64,000 bases of DNA from an uncultured Oscillospiraceae bacterium (GTDB taxonomy: Bacteria; Bacillota; Clostridia; Oscillospirales; JAAYXM01), in NCBI GenBank assembly GCA_934446465.1, contig CAKSEF010000003.1:544-64543 (forward strand), written 5' to 3'. Both the position numbers and the translations under genes were made by a program. Within the stretch, counting starts at the first letter, position 1, and every line of letters starts with the position of its first letter. Shown piece after piece: positions 54,839-64,000 of this stretch. Below the pieces are notes generated by a model that was not told where the DNA came from, ran no database searches, and saw nothing but the letters and a program-made list of their open reading frames with translations.

Positions 54839-55410
54839 CGGTATGCGTCAAAACATATACGGATATTCCGTATAACGAAAAGGAAATACTAAGGTATGCG
54901 GGTATGCGCGAAAGAACGCCCGAGGTGTCCGCGCTTCTTGCGGAATGTATTGAAGAATATGGGAAAACCGTGGGCAGGGTGTGTTATTCCGAACTCGATT
55001 TGCAAATCTGCGGTGATACGGTTTCGTTCGGAATAATTAAAACGGACAGCCGCGACCTTGCAAAGAACCTTGCAGGATGCAGCCGCGTCGTCCTGTTCTG
55101 CGCGGGTATAGGCATGGAAACAGACCGTCTGATAAAGAAATACAGTATGGTTTCGGTTGCAAAATCAGGAATGTTTCAGGCCATTGGAACGGAACGTGTA
55201 GAGGCCGTCTGCGATGCCTTCAATGAAGAAATCAGAAAACACGGCAAAACGCACCCGAGATTCAGTCCGGGATACGGCGATTTGTCGCTTGAAATACAGC
55301 GCGATATATTTGCGATGCTTGACTGCCCGAGAAAAATCGGAGTAACTCTCAATGACAGTCTGCTTATGAGTCCGAGTAAATCGGTAACAGCAATAATCGG
55401 CATAGAGTAA
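54835..55410 (+). CDS. stand-alone methionine synthase activation (AdoMet-binding reactivation) domain protein
   Basis: 191 aa. The C-terminal RFSPGYGDLSLEIQRDIFAMLD...LMSPSKSVTAIIG parallels the RxxPGY core of the MetH activation domain. The ATG overlaps the metF TGA. Confidence 0.75.
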   Translation: MTVCVKTYTDIPYNEKEILRYAGMRERTPEVSALLAECIEEYGKTVGRVCYSELDLQICGDTVSFGIIKTDSRDLAKNLAGCSRVVLFCAGIGMETDRLIKKYSMVSVAKSGMFQAIGTERVEAVCDAFNEEIRKHGKTHPRFSPGYGDLSLEIQRDIFAMLDCPRKIGVTLNDSLLMSPSKSVTAIIGIE

Positions 55411-55433
55411 TTTGTCTGCGAAAGGAAAAGAGA

Positions 55434-57863
55434 ATGGGAATACGTGAGGATATAAAAAAATCATTTGTGTGCCTTGACGGAGGAATGGGAACACTTCTCC
55501 AAACGCTCGGTCTCCGCGCGGGGGAACTGCCCGAACGCAGAAATATAACGAATCCCGAGGATATAATAGGCATACACAAGGCTTATTTTGACGCGGGAAG
55601 CAATGTTGTAAATACAAATACATTCGGCGCAAACAGCCTCAAGTTTTCTGATTCCGAGCTTGAGGAAATAATCTGTGCCGCCGTAAAAAACGCAAAAGAA
55701 GCGCGTAGGCTTTCGTCGTCCAAAAAGAATATGTATGTCGCACTTGATATAGGCCCGCTCGGCAAGCTTCTTGCCCCTTACGGAGATTTTGAATTTGAAG
55801 AGGCGATAAGCGTGTTTGCCAAGTCAATCCGTCTCGGGGTAAAGTACGGCGTTGACCTGATAATGATTGAAACAATGAATGACAGTTATGAAACAAAGGC
55901 CGCGCTTCTTGCTGCAAAAGAGAATTCAGACCTCCCTGTTTTCGTATCAAATGCCTACGGCGAGGACGGAAAGCTTATGACGGGCGCGTCTCCGTCCGCA
56001 ATGGTTGCAATGCTTGAAGGAATGGGAGCGGACGCTGTCGGCGCAAACTGCTCGCTTGGCCCGAAGCAGTTAATGGGCGTTGTTCGCGAACTTGTCTCCG
56101 CCGCATCTGTTCCCGTGCTCGTAAAACCGAATGCGGGGCTGCCGTGTAATGACGGTGAGCATACTTTTTACGATGTGAATGACGAAGAGTTTTCAGAGAG
56201 CATTGCGGAAATGGCAAGGCTCGGAGCAAATATACTCGGCGGCTGCTGCGGAACCACGCCCGAGTATATAAAAAAGACGGTAAAACAGCTTGAAAACATA
56301 GCGTTTAAGCCGATAGAAAAAAAGAATAAAACCGTTATTTCAAGTTATACACATTCAGTCGAAATAGGAAAACGTCCGATACTTATCGGAGAACGGATAA
56401 ATCCGACGGGAAAGAAGCGCTTCAAACAGGCACTTATGGAAAATGATATAGGATATATATTGGGCGAGGGAATAGGGCAGAAGGAGCACGGGGCGCACGT
56501 TTTGGATGTCAATGTCGGGCTTCCGAATATTGACGAACCCGATATGCTCGAGCGTGTGGTGCGCGAGCTTCAGGCAGTCATAAATCTTCCGCTTCAGATA
56601 GATACATCGTCTGCCGTAGCAATGGAACGCGCATTGCGAATATACAACGGCAAGGCAATAATTAACTCCGTGAACGGGAAGAAGGAAAGCATGGAAACGG
56701 TGTTTCCGCTGGTAAAAAAGTACGGAGGAACGGTCGTTGCGCTCACACTCGATGAAGACGGAATACCCTCAAATGCCGAAGGAAGAATAAAAATAGCCGA
56801 AAAGATACTGAATGTGGCAGAGAAATACGGAATAGACAGAAAGGATATCGTGTTCGACACGCTCTGTATGTCGGTAAGCGCAGATACCTCGGCGCCGTCC
56901 GCAGCACTTGACTCGCTTGATTATATACGAAACAAAATGGGAGTAAACACCGTTCTCGGCGTGTCAAATATATCTTTCGGACTTCCGCTGCGTGATGTTG
57001 TAAATTCGGCATTTTTCGCATTTGCGCTTGAGCGTGGGCTTTCATCGGCAATCATCAATCCGTTTTCAACTGAAATGATGAAAACATATCACACATACAA
57101 CCTGCTCCACAAAAACGATGAGAACTTCACGGAGTATATCCAATTTGCTGAGAGCATAGCCGAGGAGGAAAACGTCAAAAACTCAGTAAAGCCTGTTCGA
57201 AAATCCGACGGTGGGGAAAACGGTGATATGTCCGACTTATTCCGCTCAATCGTGAAGGGGTTGAAAGAACAGGCGCGGAGCATAAGCCGAGAGCTGTTAA
57301 AGGACAACGACGCGCTCGATGTTGTGAACCGAGAAATAGTGCCTGCACTCGACTTTGTCGGCAAAGGCTTTGAAGAAAAGCGGTTTTATCTGCCGCAGCT
57401 TCTTATGAGCGCAGATGCGGCCAAATTTGCCTTTGAGGAAGTAAAAGAAAAAATCGTCTCATCAGGCGAAAAGCAGATAAAAAAAGATAAAATAGTCATA
57501 GCTACCGTGCATGGAGACATACACGATATCGGAAAGAATATAGTCAAAGTACTCCTTGAGAATTATGGATTTCAGGTAATTGACCTTGGGAAGGACGTAC
57601 CTCCGGAGAAAATTGCCGAGGCAGTAGTGCAGAATAATGCCCCGATGTGCGGACTCAGTGCACTTATGACGACAACTGTTCCTGCAATGGAAGAAACCAT
57701 ACGGCAGGTAAAAAAAGTAGCACCGACATGCAAGGTAATTGTCGGCGGAGCCGTTCTCAATCAGGAATACGCCGACAGAATCGGCGCAGATAAGTATTCA
57801 AAGGACGCAATGGAAACCGTGCGCTATGCAGAAAACTTAAATAAAAACAGGGCGGTCAAATGA
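55434..57863 (+). CDS. metH: cobalamin-dependent methionine synthase core (Hcy-binding, pterin-binding, B12 cap and B12-binding domains; no activation domain)
   Basis: 809 aa. Hcy domain (GGCCGTTPE), pterin-binding domain (LDVNVG, INSV), and the B12 motif DIHDIGKNIV (DxHxxG) with SALMTTT. The protein ends right after the B12 domain. Confidence 0.92.
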   Translation: MGIREDIKKSFVCLDGGMGTLLQTLGLRAGELPERRNITNPEDIIGIHKAYFDAGSNVVNTNTFGANSLKFSDSELEEIICAAVKNAKEARRLSSSKKNMYVALDIGPLGKLLAPYGDFEFEEAISVFAKSIRLGVKYGVDLIMIETMNDSYETKAALLAAKENSDLPVFVSNAYGEDGKLMTGASPSAMVAMLEGMGADAVGANCSLGPKQLMGVVRELVSAASVPVLVKPNAGLPCNDGEHTFYDVNDEEFSESIAEMARLGANILGGCCGTTPEYIKKTVKQLENIAFKPIEKKNKTVISSYTHSVEIGKRPILIGERINPTGKKRFKQALMENDIGYILGEGIGQKEHGAHVLDVNVGLPNIDEPDMLERVVRELQAVINLPLQIDTSSAVAMERALRIYNGKAIINSVNGKKESMETVFPLVKKYGGTVVALTLDEDGIPSNAEGRIKIAEKILNVAEKYGIDRKDIVFDTLCMSVSADTSAPSAALDSLDYIRNKMGVNTVLGVSNISFGLPLRDVVNSAFFAFALERGLSSAIINPFSTEMMKTYHTYNLLHKNDENFTEYIQFAESIAEEENVKNSVKPVRKSDGGENGDMSDLFRSIVKGLKEQARSISRELLKDNDALDVVNREIVPALDFVGKGFEEKRFYLPQLLMSADAAKFAFEEVKEKIVSSGEKQIKKDKIVIATVHGDIHDIGKNIVKVLLENYGFQVIDLGKDVPPEKIAEAVVQNNAPMCGLSALMTTTVPAMEETIRQVKKVAPTCKVIVGGAVLNQEYADRIGADKYSKDAMETVRYAENLNKNRAVK

Positions 57864-57880
57864 CTGCCCTGTTTTTTGTT
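57845..57880. terminator. bidirectional terminator between metH and groEL
   Basis: AACAGGGC / GCCCTGTT stem spanning the metH stop codon, with T-runs on both strands. Confidence 0.75.
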
Positions 57881-57902
57881 ATTTAGCTTATGGGGAAAGG
57901 AA

Positions 57903-59558
<1,656 letters not shown>

Positions 59559-59576
59559 CTATATAAAGATTATTGA

Positions 59577-59873
<297 letters not shown>

Positions 59874-59884
59874 CTAAATTGCTT

Positions 59885-59911
59885 TTAGCACTCTCGCTGT
59901 TTGAGTGCTAA
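59885..59911 (-). promoter_or_regulatory. CIRCE operator (HrcA binding site) upstream of groES
   Basis: TTAGCACTC, N9, GAGTGCTAA: a perfect match to the CIRCE consensus, 23 nt upstream of the groES start codon. Confidence 0.92.
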
Positions 59912-59994
59912 CTCTTTGTATATTATAATAGACCAACTCGGAATAATTCGCAAATTCACAAAATATCAAAAATAAGGAAAAACGGGCAAAATTG

Positions 59995-60055
59995 GGTAAA
60001 AAACAAGATTAGGCGAGATTATTCTCGCACAAATGCAAATAATCTCGCCTAATCT
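59995..60055 (-). terminator. intrinsic terminator of the PBP1A / THUMP methyltransferase operon
   Basis: Perfect 18-bp inverted repeat AGATTAGGCGAGATTATT / AATAATCTCGCCTAATCT (60006..60023 with 60038..60055), followed on the minus strand by TGTTTTTTA. Confidence 0.8.
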
Positions 60056-60088
60056 CTTGAAATCTCGTTTTTTACAAATTATTAATAT

Positions 60089-61201
60089 TTAGAAATACAT
60101 ATATAACTCGCACTTTATCATGCCGTTGTAAAGTTTTCGCTGTTTTGTGGCTTTTTTGCCGTAAAAATGCTCAAATTCGGGATGGGAAGTTATTATATAA
60201 CTTTTAAAGTTCGGGAATTTGAGAATAGCCTTCCCAAAATCTCGGTAAAGCCGTTCGGAATCCCGCAGTTCGCCGAGACGTTCGCCGTACGGCGGATTAG
60301 TTACGATTATACCCTCGTCATTTGCGGGAATAAAGCGCCGTGCATCACATTTTTCAAATTTTATGTACCTTGCGACACCGGCTTTTTCGGCGTTTGACCT
60401 GGCAAGCTTTAGCAGACTCTCGTCAATGTCGCCGCCCCAAAGCTCGTAATCGCGCGTAAAAATCTTTGTTTTCGCAGTCTCGCGGCGAGAGTGCCAATCC
60501 TCTCTCGGCGATATGGGCCATTTTTCGGCGGCAAATCTGCGAAGAAGTCCGGGCGCTCTGTTTTCAGCTATCATTGCGGCCTCTATGAGTATAGTGCCGG
60601 AACCGCAGAACGGGTCGCAGAAGAACTCACGTCCGCGGTAATGTGATAACTGAACCATCGCTGCGGCAAGCGTCTCCCTAAGCGGGGCGGCACCCGCAAT
60701 GGCGCGGTATCCGCGTTTGTGAAGACCCGCACCCGTGGTGTCTATAAAAAGCATGGCAGAGTCCTTCATAATTGAAAACTGCACCTGATATTTGCTTCCG
60801 CTTTCCTCAAACCAAGAAACACGGTATTTCGATTTCAGTCTCTCAACAATCGCCTTTTTAATTATGCTTTGACAGTCGGGTACGGAAAAAAGCTTCGAGT
60901 TGAGACTGTGGCCCTTTACGGGAAACTCGCCGTCCTTCGGAATGAAATGCTCCCACGGAAGCGCACGGACTCCGTCAAAGAGCTCGGTAAATGTTGTCGC
61001 ATTAAAGCTCCCGACAACAAGCAGAACGCGTTCTCCCGTGCGAAGCCAGAGATTTGCCAACGCCATGTCGGACATGGAACCGTCAAAGAATACTCGGCCG
61101 TTTTCGGCCGTTACATTGTCCATGCCGAGCCTTTTAAGTTCGTTTGCGGCAATGCCTTCAAGTCCGAACAGCGTAGGAACGCAGAAAGTGAATTTTTCCA
61201 T
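60089..61201 (-). CDS. THUMP-domain class I SAM-dependent RNA methyltransferase (UPF0020/YpsC/RlmK-like)
   Basis: N-terminal THUMP region, then a methyltransferase core (DPFCGSGTILIEA, VTNPPYGERL). Confidence 0.85.
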   Translation of the reverse strand: MEKFTFCVPTLFGLEGIAANELKRLGMDNVTAENGRVFFDGSMSDMALANLWLRTGERVLLVVGSFNATTFTELFDGVRALPWEHFIPKDGEFPVKGHSLNSKLFSVPDCQSIIKKAIVERLKSKYRVSWFEESGSKYQVQFSIMKDSAMLFIDTTGAGLHKRGYRAIAGAAPLRETLAAAMVQLSHYRGREFFCDPFCGSGTILIEAAMIAENRAPGLLRRFAAEKWPISPREDWHSRRETAKTKIFTRDYELWGGDIDESLLKLARSNAEKAGVARYIKFEKCDARRFIPANDEGIIVTNPPYGERLGELRDSERLYRDFGKAILKFPNFKSYIITSHPEFEHFYGKKATKQRKLYNGMIKCELYMYF

Positions 61202-61228
61202 AGATAGGTACTCCGATAATCTGTTAAA

Positions 61229-63664
61229 TTATTGCGCGGGTTCGTTTTCATCGGTTTCTTCCCCGCCTTCGCCGGAATCGTCCTTTTTGTCCGTGTCAAT
61301 CCAGTCGGGAACTTCATCTTCGGTATCAGGCGTTTCGGGCTCCGGCTTGTACGAATGATGTGTGCAGGCACTGTTCATCGGGGAAGAGACGGTAGATGCA
61401 AAGAAATACTGTCCGGAAGGCGGATTTTCCTCATGAATTGCGTATTGTTCGTCAGGCAGGGCAACGCCCGGAATCGGGAAAAATCTGTTGAGCTTCATAA
61501 GCGCAACGGTTTTCCTGCTTGATGCCGGACAAAATTCCGTGGCGACCATGTTTGTTGAAGAGTCTATCTCAACGGCAACGTGAACACCACATCTTGTCTT
61601 CGGTACATCGTCCTTGTGAAAATAGCCGGACACCACCTTGCTTCCTCTCGGATCGAGAGCGCAGAGATTCGACGGAAGCTCACCGCTGCATGAACACACG
61701 CTTACACGGACAAACTCATCGTTCTGCTCAAATTTCTTTACGGGCAAATCGGCATGAGCCTTGTTCATTACCTTCTTCCAAACCGTAAGGGCAGGGGAGA
61801 GTGATTTTGAAATATACTTCGGCTTGTCGTAGCCAAACCAGCACGCGCCGACATAATACGGAGTATAGCCGACAAACCATCTGTCTTCGTCGTTATTTGA
61901 GGTACCGGTCTTTGCCGCGGCGGGCATCCCGCGTGAGAGCTTGGCATAGGTTCCCGTGCCTCCGGTAACTACGTTCTGGAGAATGTAGTTCATATATGCG
62001 GCGGTCTTTTCGCTCATCGCAGTAACGGGTCTGTACTCTTTCTCAAGAAGGACTTCACCCTGAGCGTCAAGAACCTTTGTGTAAGTTCTCGGCTCATTGT
62101 AAGTTCCGCCGTTTTGGAACGGGGCATATGCCGCCGCCATCTCAAGAACGGTTATGCCGTTGGTAAGCTGACCGAGCGCGAGCGGAGCGAGGTTATGGTC
62201 GCCCTTGCTGTTCAGTGAAGTAACACCGAGATTTGCTGTCAGGAAGTTATAAGAGCGCTCAATTCCGAGTTTGTCGAGCGTGCGCATTGAAACTGTGTTG
62301 AGCGACTGCATAACGCCGTTCAGAATGGTTGTCCGACCTGAATACGTTCTGGTTTCGTTCTTCGGGTACGGCGAGCCGTTGAGTACCTTGAGCGGTGCGT
62401 CATCTTCAACCGAGTACGGTGTTATAATGCCGTATTCTATCGACGGCGCGTATACGGAAATAGGCTTAAGCGATGAGCCCGGAGGACGCTTGGTCTGCGT
62501 CGCGCGGTTGAGGAGTCTCGCCGCCGTTTTTTCTCCGCGCCCGCCGCGCAGAGCCAAAATATTCCCGTTTGACGGGTCGAGCATCACCATCGCACATTCG
62601 GGCTGGACATTGCCTTTGTAGTGCGGGAATACGTTGTTGGATTCAAAAACTTCGTCCATTGCAGATTGAATTTTCGGATTAACCGTGGCATAAATTTTGA
62701 GTCCGCCGGAATAAATCGTCCTCAGTGCGACATTCTCCGAATAGCCGTGTTTATCCATGAGGTCATCTATGAGATCTTCAATTATTTGGTCAACAAAATA
62801 CGACTGAACCTTTGCGGTTCCGGTATCATTTTCATTCTTGTTGAATACAATTTCCTCGGAGACGGCCTCATCCCGCTCCTCTTCGGAAATCATCTTAAGT
62901 TCTTTCATGCGGTTTAAAATGTCTGTGCGTCTCTTTAAGTTGTTTTCGGGGTGAATGTACGGATTGTAGTATGTCGGGAGATTGGTAATGCCTATGAGCG
63001 CGGCCGATTCGGCAAGGGTAAGCTCGGAGACGTCCTTCCCGTAATATGCCTGAGCTGCCGTGCCGACTCCGTAACAGCCTTTTCCGAGATAAATTGTGTT
63101 GAGATACAGCTCAATTATCGTGTCTTTGTCATAATGACGCTCCAAATAGAGCGCGCGCATAATTTCCTGAAGCTTGCGTTTTACAGAGTCCTGATTATCA
63201 CCCGTGATATTTTTTACGAGCTGCTGAGTTATAGTCGAAGCTCCGAAATCGCTCTTCATTTTCAGAAACATATTTATGCTTGCCGAGAAAGTGCGCTTCC
63301 AGTCAACCCCGTGGTGTTTCATAAAACGGTGGTCCTCTATGGCAATGGCCGCATCCTTCAAGTATGTGGGTATATCCTCAAGGTCAACCCATGTTCTGTT
63401 CTGAGAGTCGTAGAGACGCTCATACTCATGTTCGTTGCCCTCGTCATCGATATAATAGACAATGGAAGAATAATTAAGCTTCATTGACTCGACTTCAATA
63501 TCGATTTTTGAGTCGAGCGACAGCATATATATGATAAGTGTGAGAATACATATGCCGGCAGTGCAGGCGAGTATGTAGAGAAGCGTCTTGATAACAAGCC
63601 ACTTTCCCGATTCAAAAAAAGCGGACTTGTTTTTCTCGCCTCCCGAGTTATTTCCCGTATTCAT
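61229..63664 (-). CDS. class A penicillin-binding protein (PBP1A type: glycosyltransferase 51 plus transpeptidase) with a Cys-containing C-terminal domain and an acidic tail
   Basis: TM anchor, GT51 motifs (AIEDHRFMKHHG, GASTITQQL), transpeptidase motifs (SLKP, KTGTSN). ATG at 63664 lies 9 nt after GGAGG. Confidence 0.9.
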   Translation of the reverse strand: MNTGNNSGGEKNKSAFFESGKWLVIKTLLYILACTAGICILTLIIYMLSLDSKIDIEVESMKLNYSSIVYYIDDEGNEHEYERLYDSQNRTWVDLEDIPTYLKDAAIAIEDHRFMKHHGVDWKRTFSASINMFLKMKSDFGASTITQQLVKNITGDNQDSVKRKLQEIMRALYLERHYDKDTIIELYLNTIYLGKGCYGVGTAAQAYYGKDVSELTLAESAALIGITNLPTYYNPYIHPENNLKRRTDILNRMKELKMISEEERDEAVSEEIVFNKNENDTGTAKVQSYFVDQIIEDLIDDLMDKHGYSENVALRTIYSGGLKIYATVNPKIQSAMDEVFESNNVFPHYKGNVQPECAMVMLDPSNGNILALRGGRGEKTAARLLNRATQTKRPPGSSLKPISVYAPSIEYGIITPYSVEDDAPLKVLNGSPYPKNETRTYSGRTTILNGVMQSLNTVSMRTLDKLGIERSYNFLTANLGVTSLNSKGDHNLAPLALGQLTNGITVLEMAAAYAPFQNGGTYNEPRTYTKVLDAQGEVLLEKEYRPVTAMSEKTAAYMNYILQNVVTGGTGTYAKLSRGMPAAAKTGTSNNDEDRWFVGYTPYYVGACWFGYDKPKYISKSLSPALTVWKKVMNKAHADLPVKKFEQNDEFVRVSVCSCSGELPSNLCALDPRGSKVVSGYFHKDDVPKTRCGVHVAVEIDSSTNMVATEFCPASSRKTVALMKLNRFFPIPGVALPDEQYAIHEENPPSGQYFFASTVSSPMNSACTHHSYKPEPETPDTEDEVPDWIDTDKKDDSGEGGEETDENEPAQ

Positions 63665-63770
63665 ACAGTGGCACCTCCGTGATGAAAGCATGGCAATATA
63701 TTATAAGTATACCATAAATTTCAGAAAAATCTATCAAAAAATAAAATATTAAAAAAGAGGGGTAATTATT

Positions 63771-64000
63771 ATGAGAAGCAGAATAACGGAACTTAGCTGT
63801 AAAGAGGTAATAAACATATGCGACGGTACCCGCTATGGTTATGTAAACGATGTGGAGGTCGACTGCATCAGCGGAAAAATTCTTACAATAATAATACACG
63901 GAGGCGGAAAATTCGGAGCTGTATTTTCGAAAGCGAATGATATAATAATTCCGTGGGAGTCCATAAAAAGAATAGGCGATGATGTAATTCTCGTTGATTA
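63771..64000 (+). CDS. ylmC: YlmC/YmxH-family PRC-barrel sporulation protein (3'-truncated by the window end)
   Basis: My own translation from the ATG at 63771: MRSRITELSCKEVINICDGTRYGYVNDVEVDCISGKILTIIIHGGGKFGAVF...IIIPWESIKRIGDDVILVD. This matches the YlmC/YmxH pattern. AGAGGGG RBS. The frame is open to the window edge. Confidence 0.7.
   Translation, partial: MRSRITELSCKEVINICDGTRYGYVNDVEVDCISGKILTIIIHGGGKFGAVFSKANDIIIPWESIKRIGDDVILVD

Overview
This 64 kb window is a gene-dense, mostly core chromosomal segment of an endospore-forming Firmicute of the class Clostridia. The class call rests on PolC, spoVG, spoIIR, a spoIVFB-like protease, ylmC/ymxH and a CIRCE-controlled groES-groEL. I could not assign a finer taxon.

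About 60 protein genes are supported:
- Arginine synthesis: argG-argH.
- The pyrH-frr-uppS-cdsA-dxr-rseP-ispG-polC block.
- The ylxM-ffh-rpsP-ylqC-rimM-trmD block.
- der-plsY-gpsA.
- A C1/methionine cluster: folD, and metF plus a stand-alone MetH activation domain plus metH.
- Cell-envelope genes: murC, a TagO/WecA-like transferase, an LCP protein, a UgtP-like GT28, PBP1A and lgt.
- comEC-holA.

I saw no rRNA, tRNA, CRISPR array, transposase, integrase or phage gene, and no recognisable defence or toxin-antitoxin cassette.

Only one stretch looks accessory (11.8-16.5 kb). It holds a 752-aa membrane-spanning AraC-type regulator, a 493-bp AT-rich intergenic region with repeated motifs, and an LplB/LplC-type ABC permease pair with no binding-protein or ATPase gene.

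Other items worth a second look:
- A translationally coupled Cys-rich (2 x CxxC...CxxH) protein and Gx-transporter pair upstream of spoIIR.
- A hairpin that buries the spoIIR ribosome-binding site.
- An M23 peptidase with intact catalytic motifs coupled to a short SpoIVFB-like protease that has no room for a CBS domain.
- A KDPG aldolase with an extra C-terminal domain of about 114 aa.
- A PDZ / radical-SAM / DUF512 protein.

I found no convincing wholly new system. All function calls come from reading the translated ORFs for motifs, not from database searches. Promoter, operator and structure calls are by eye.
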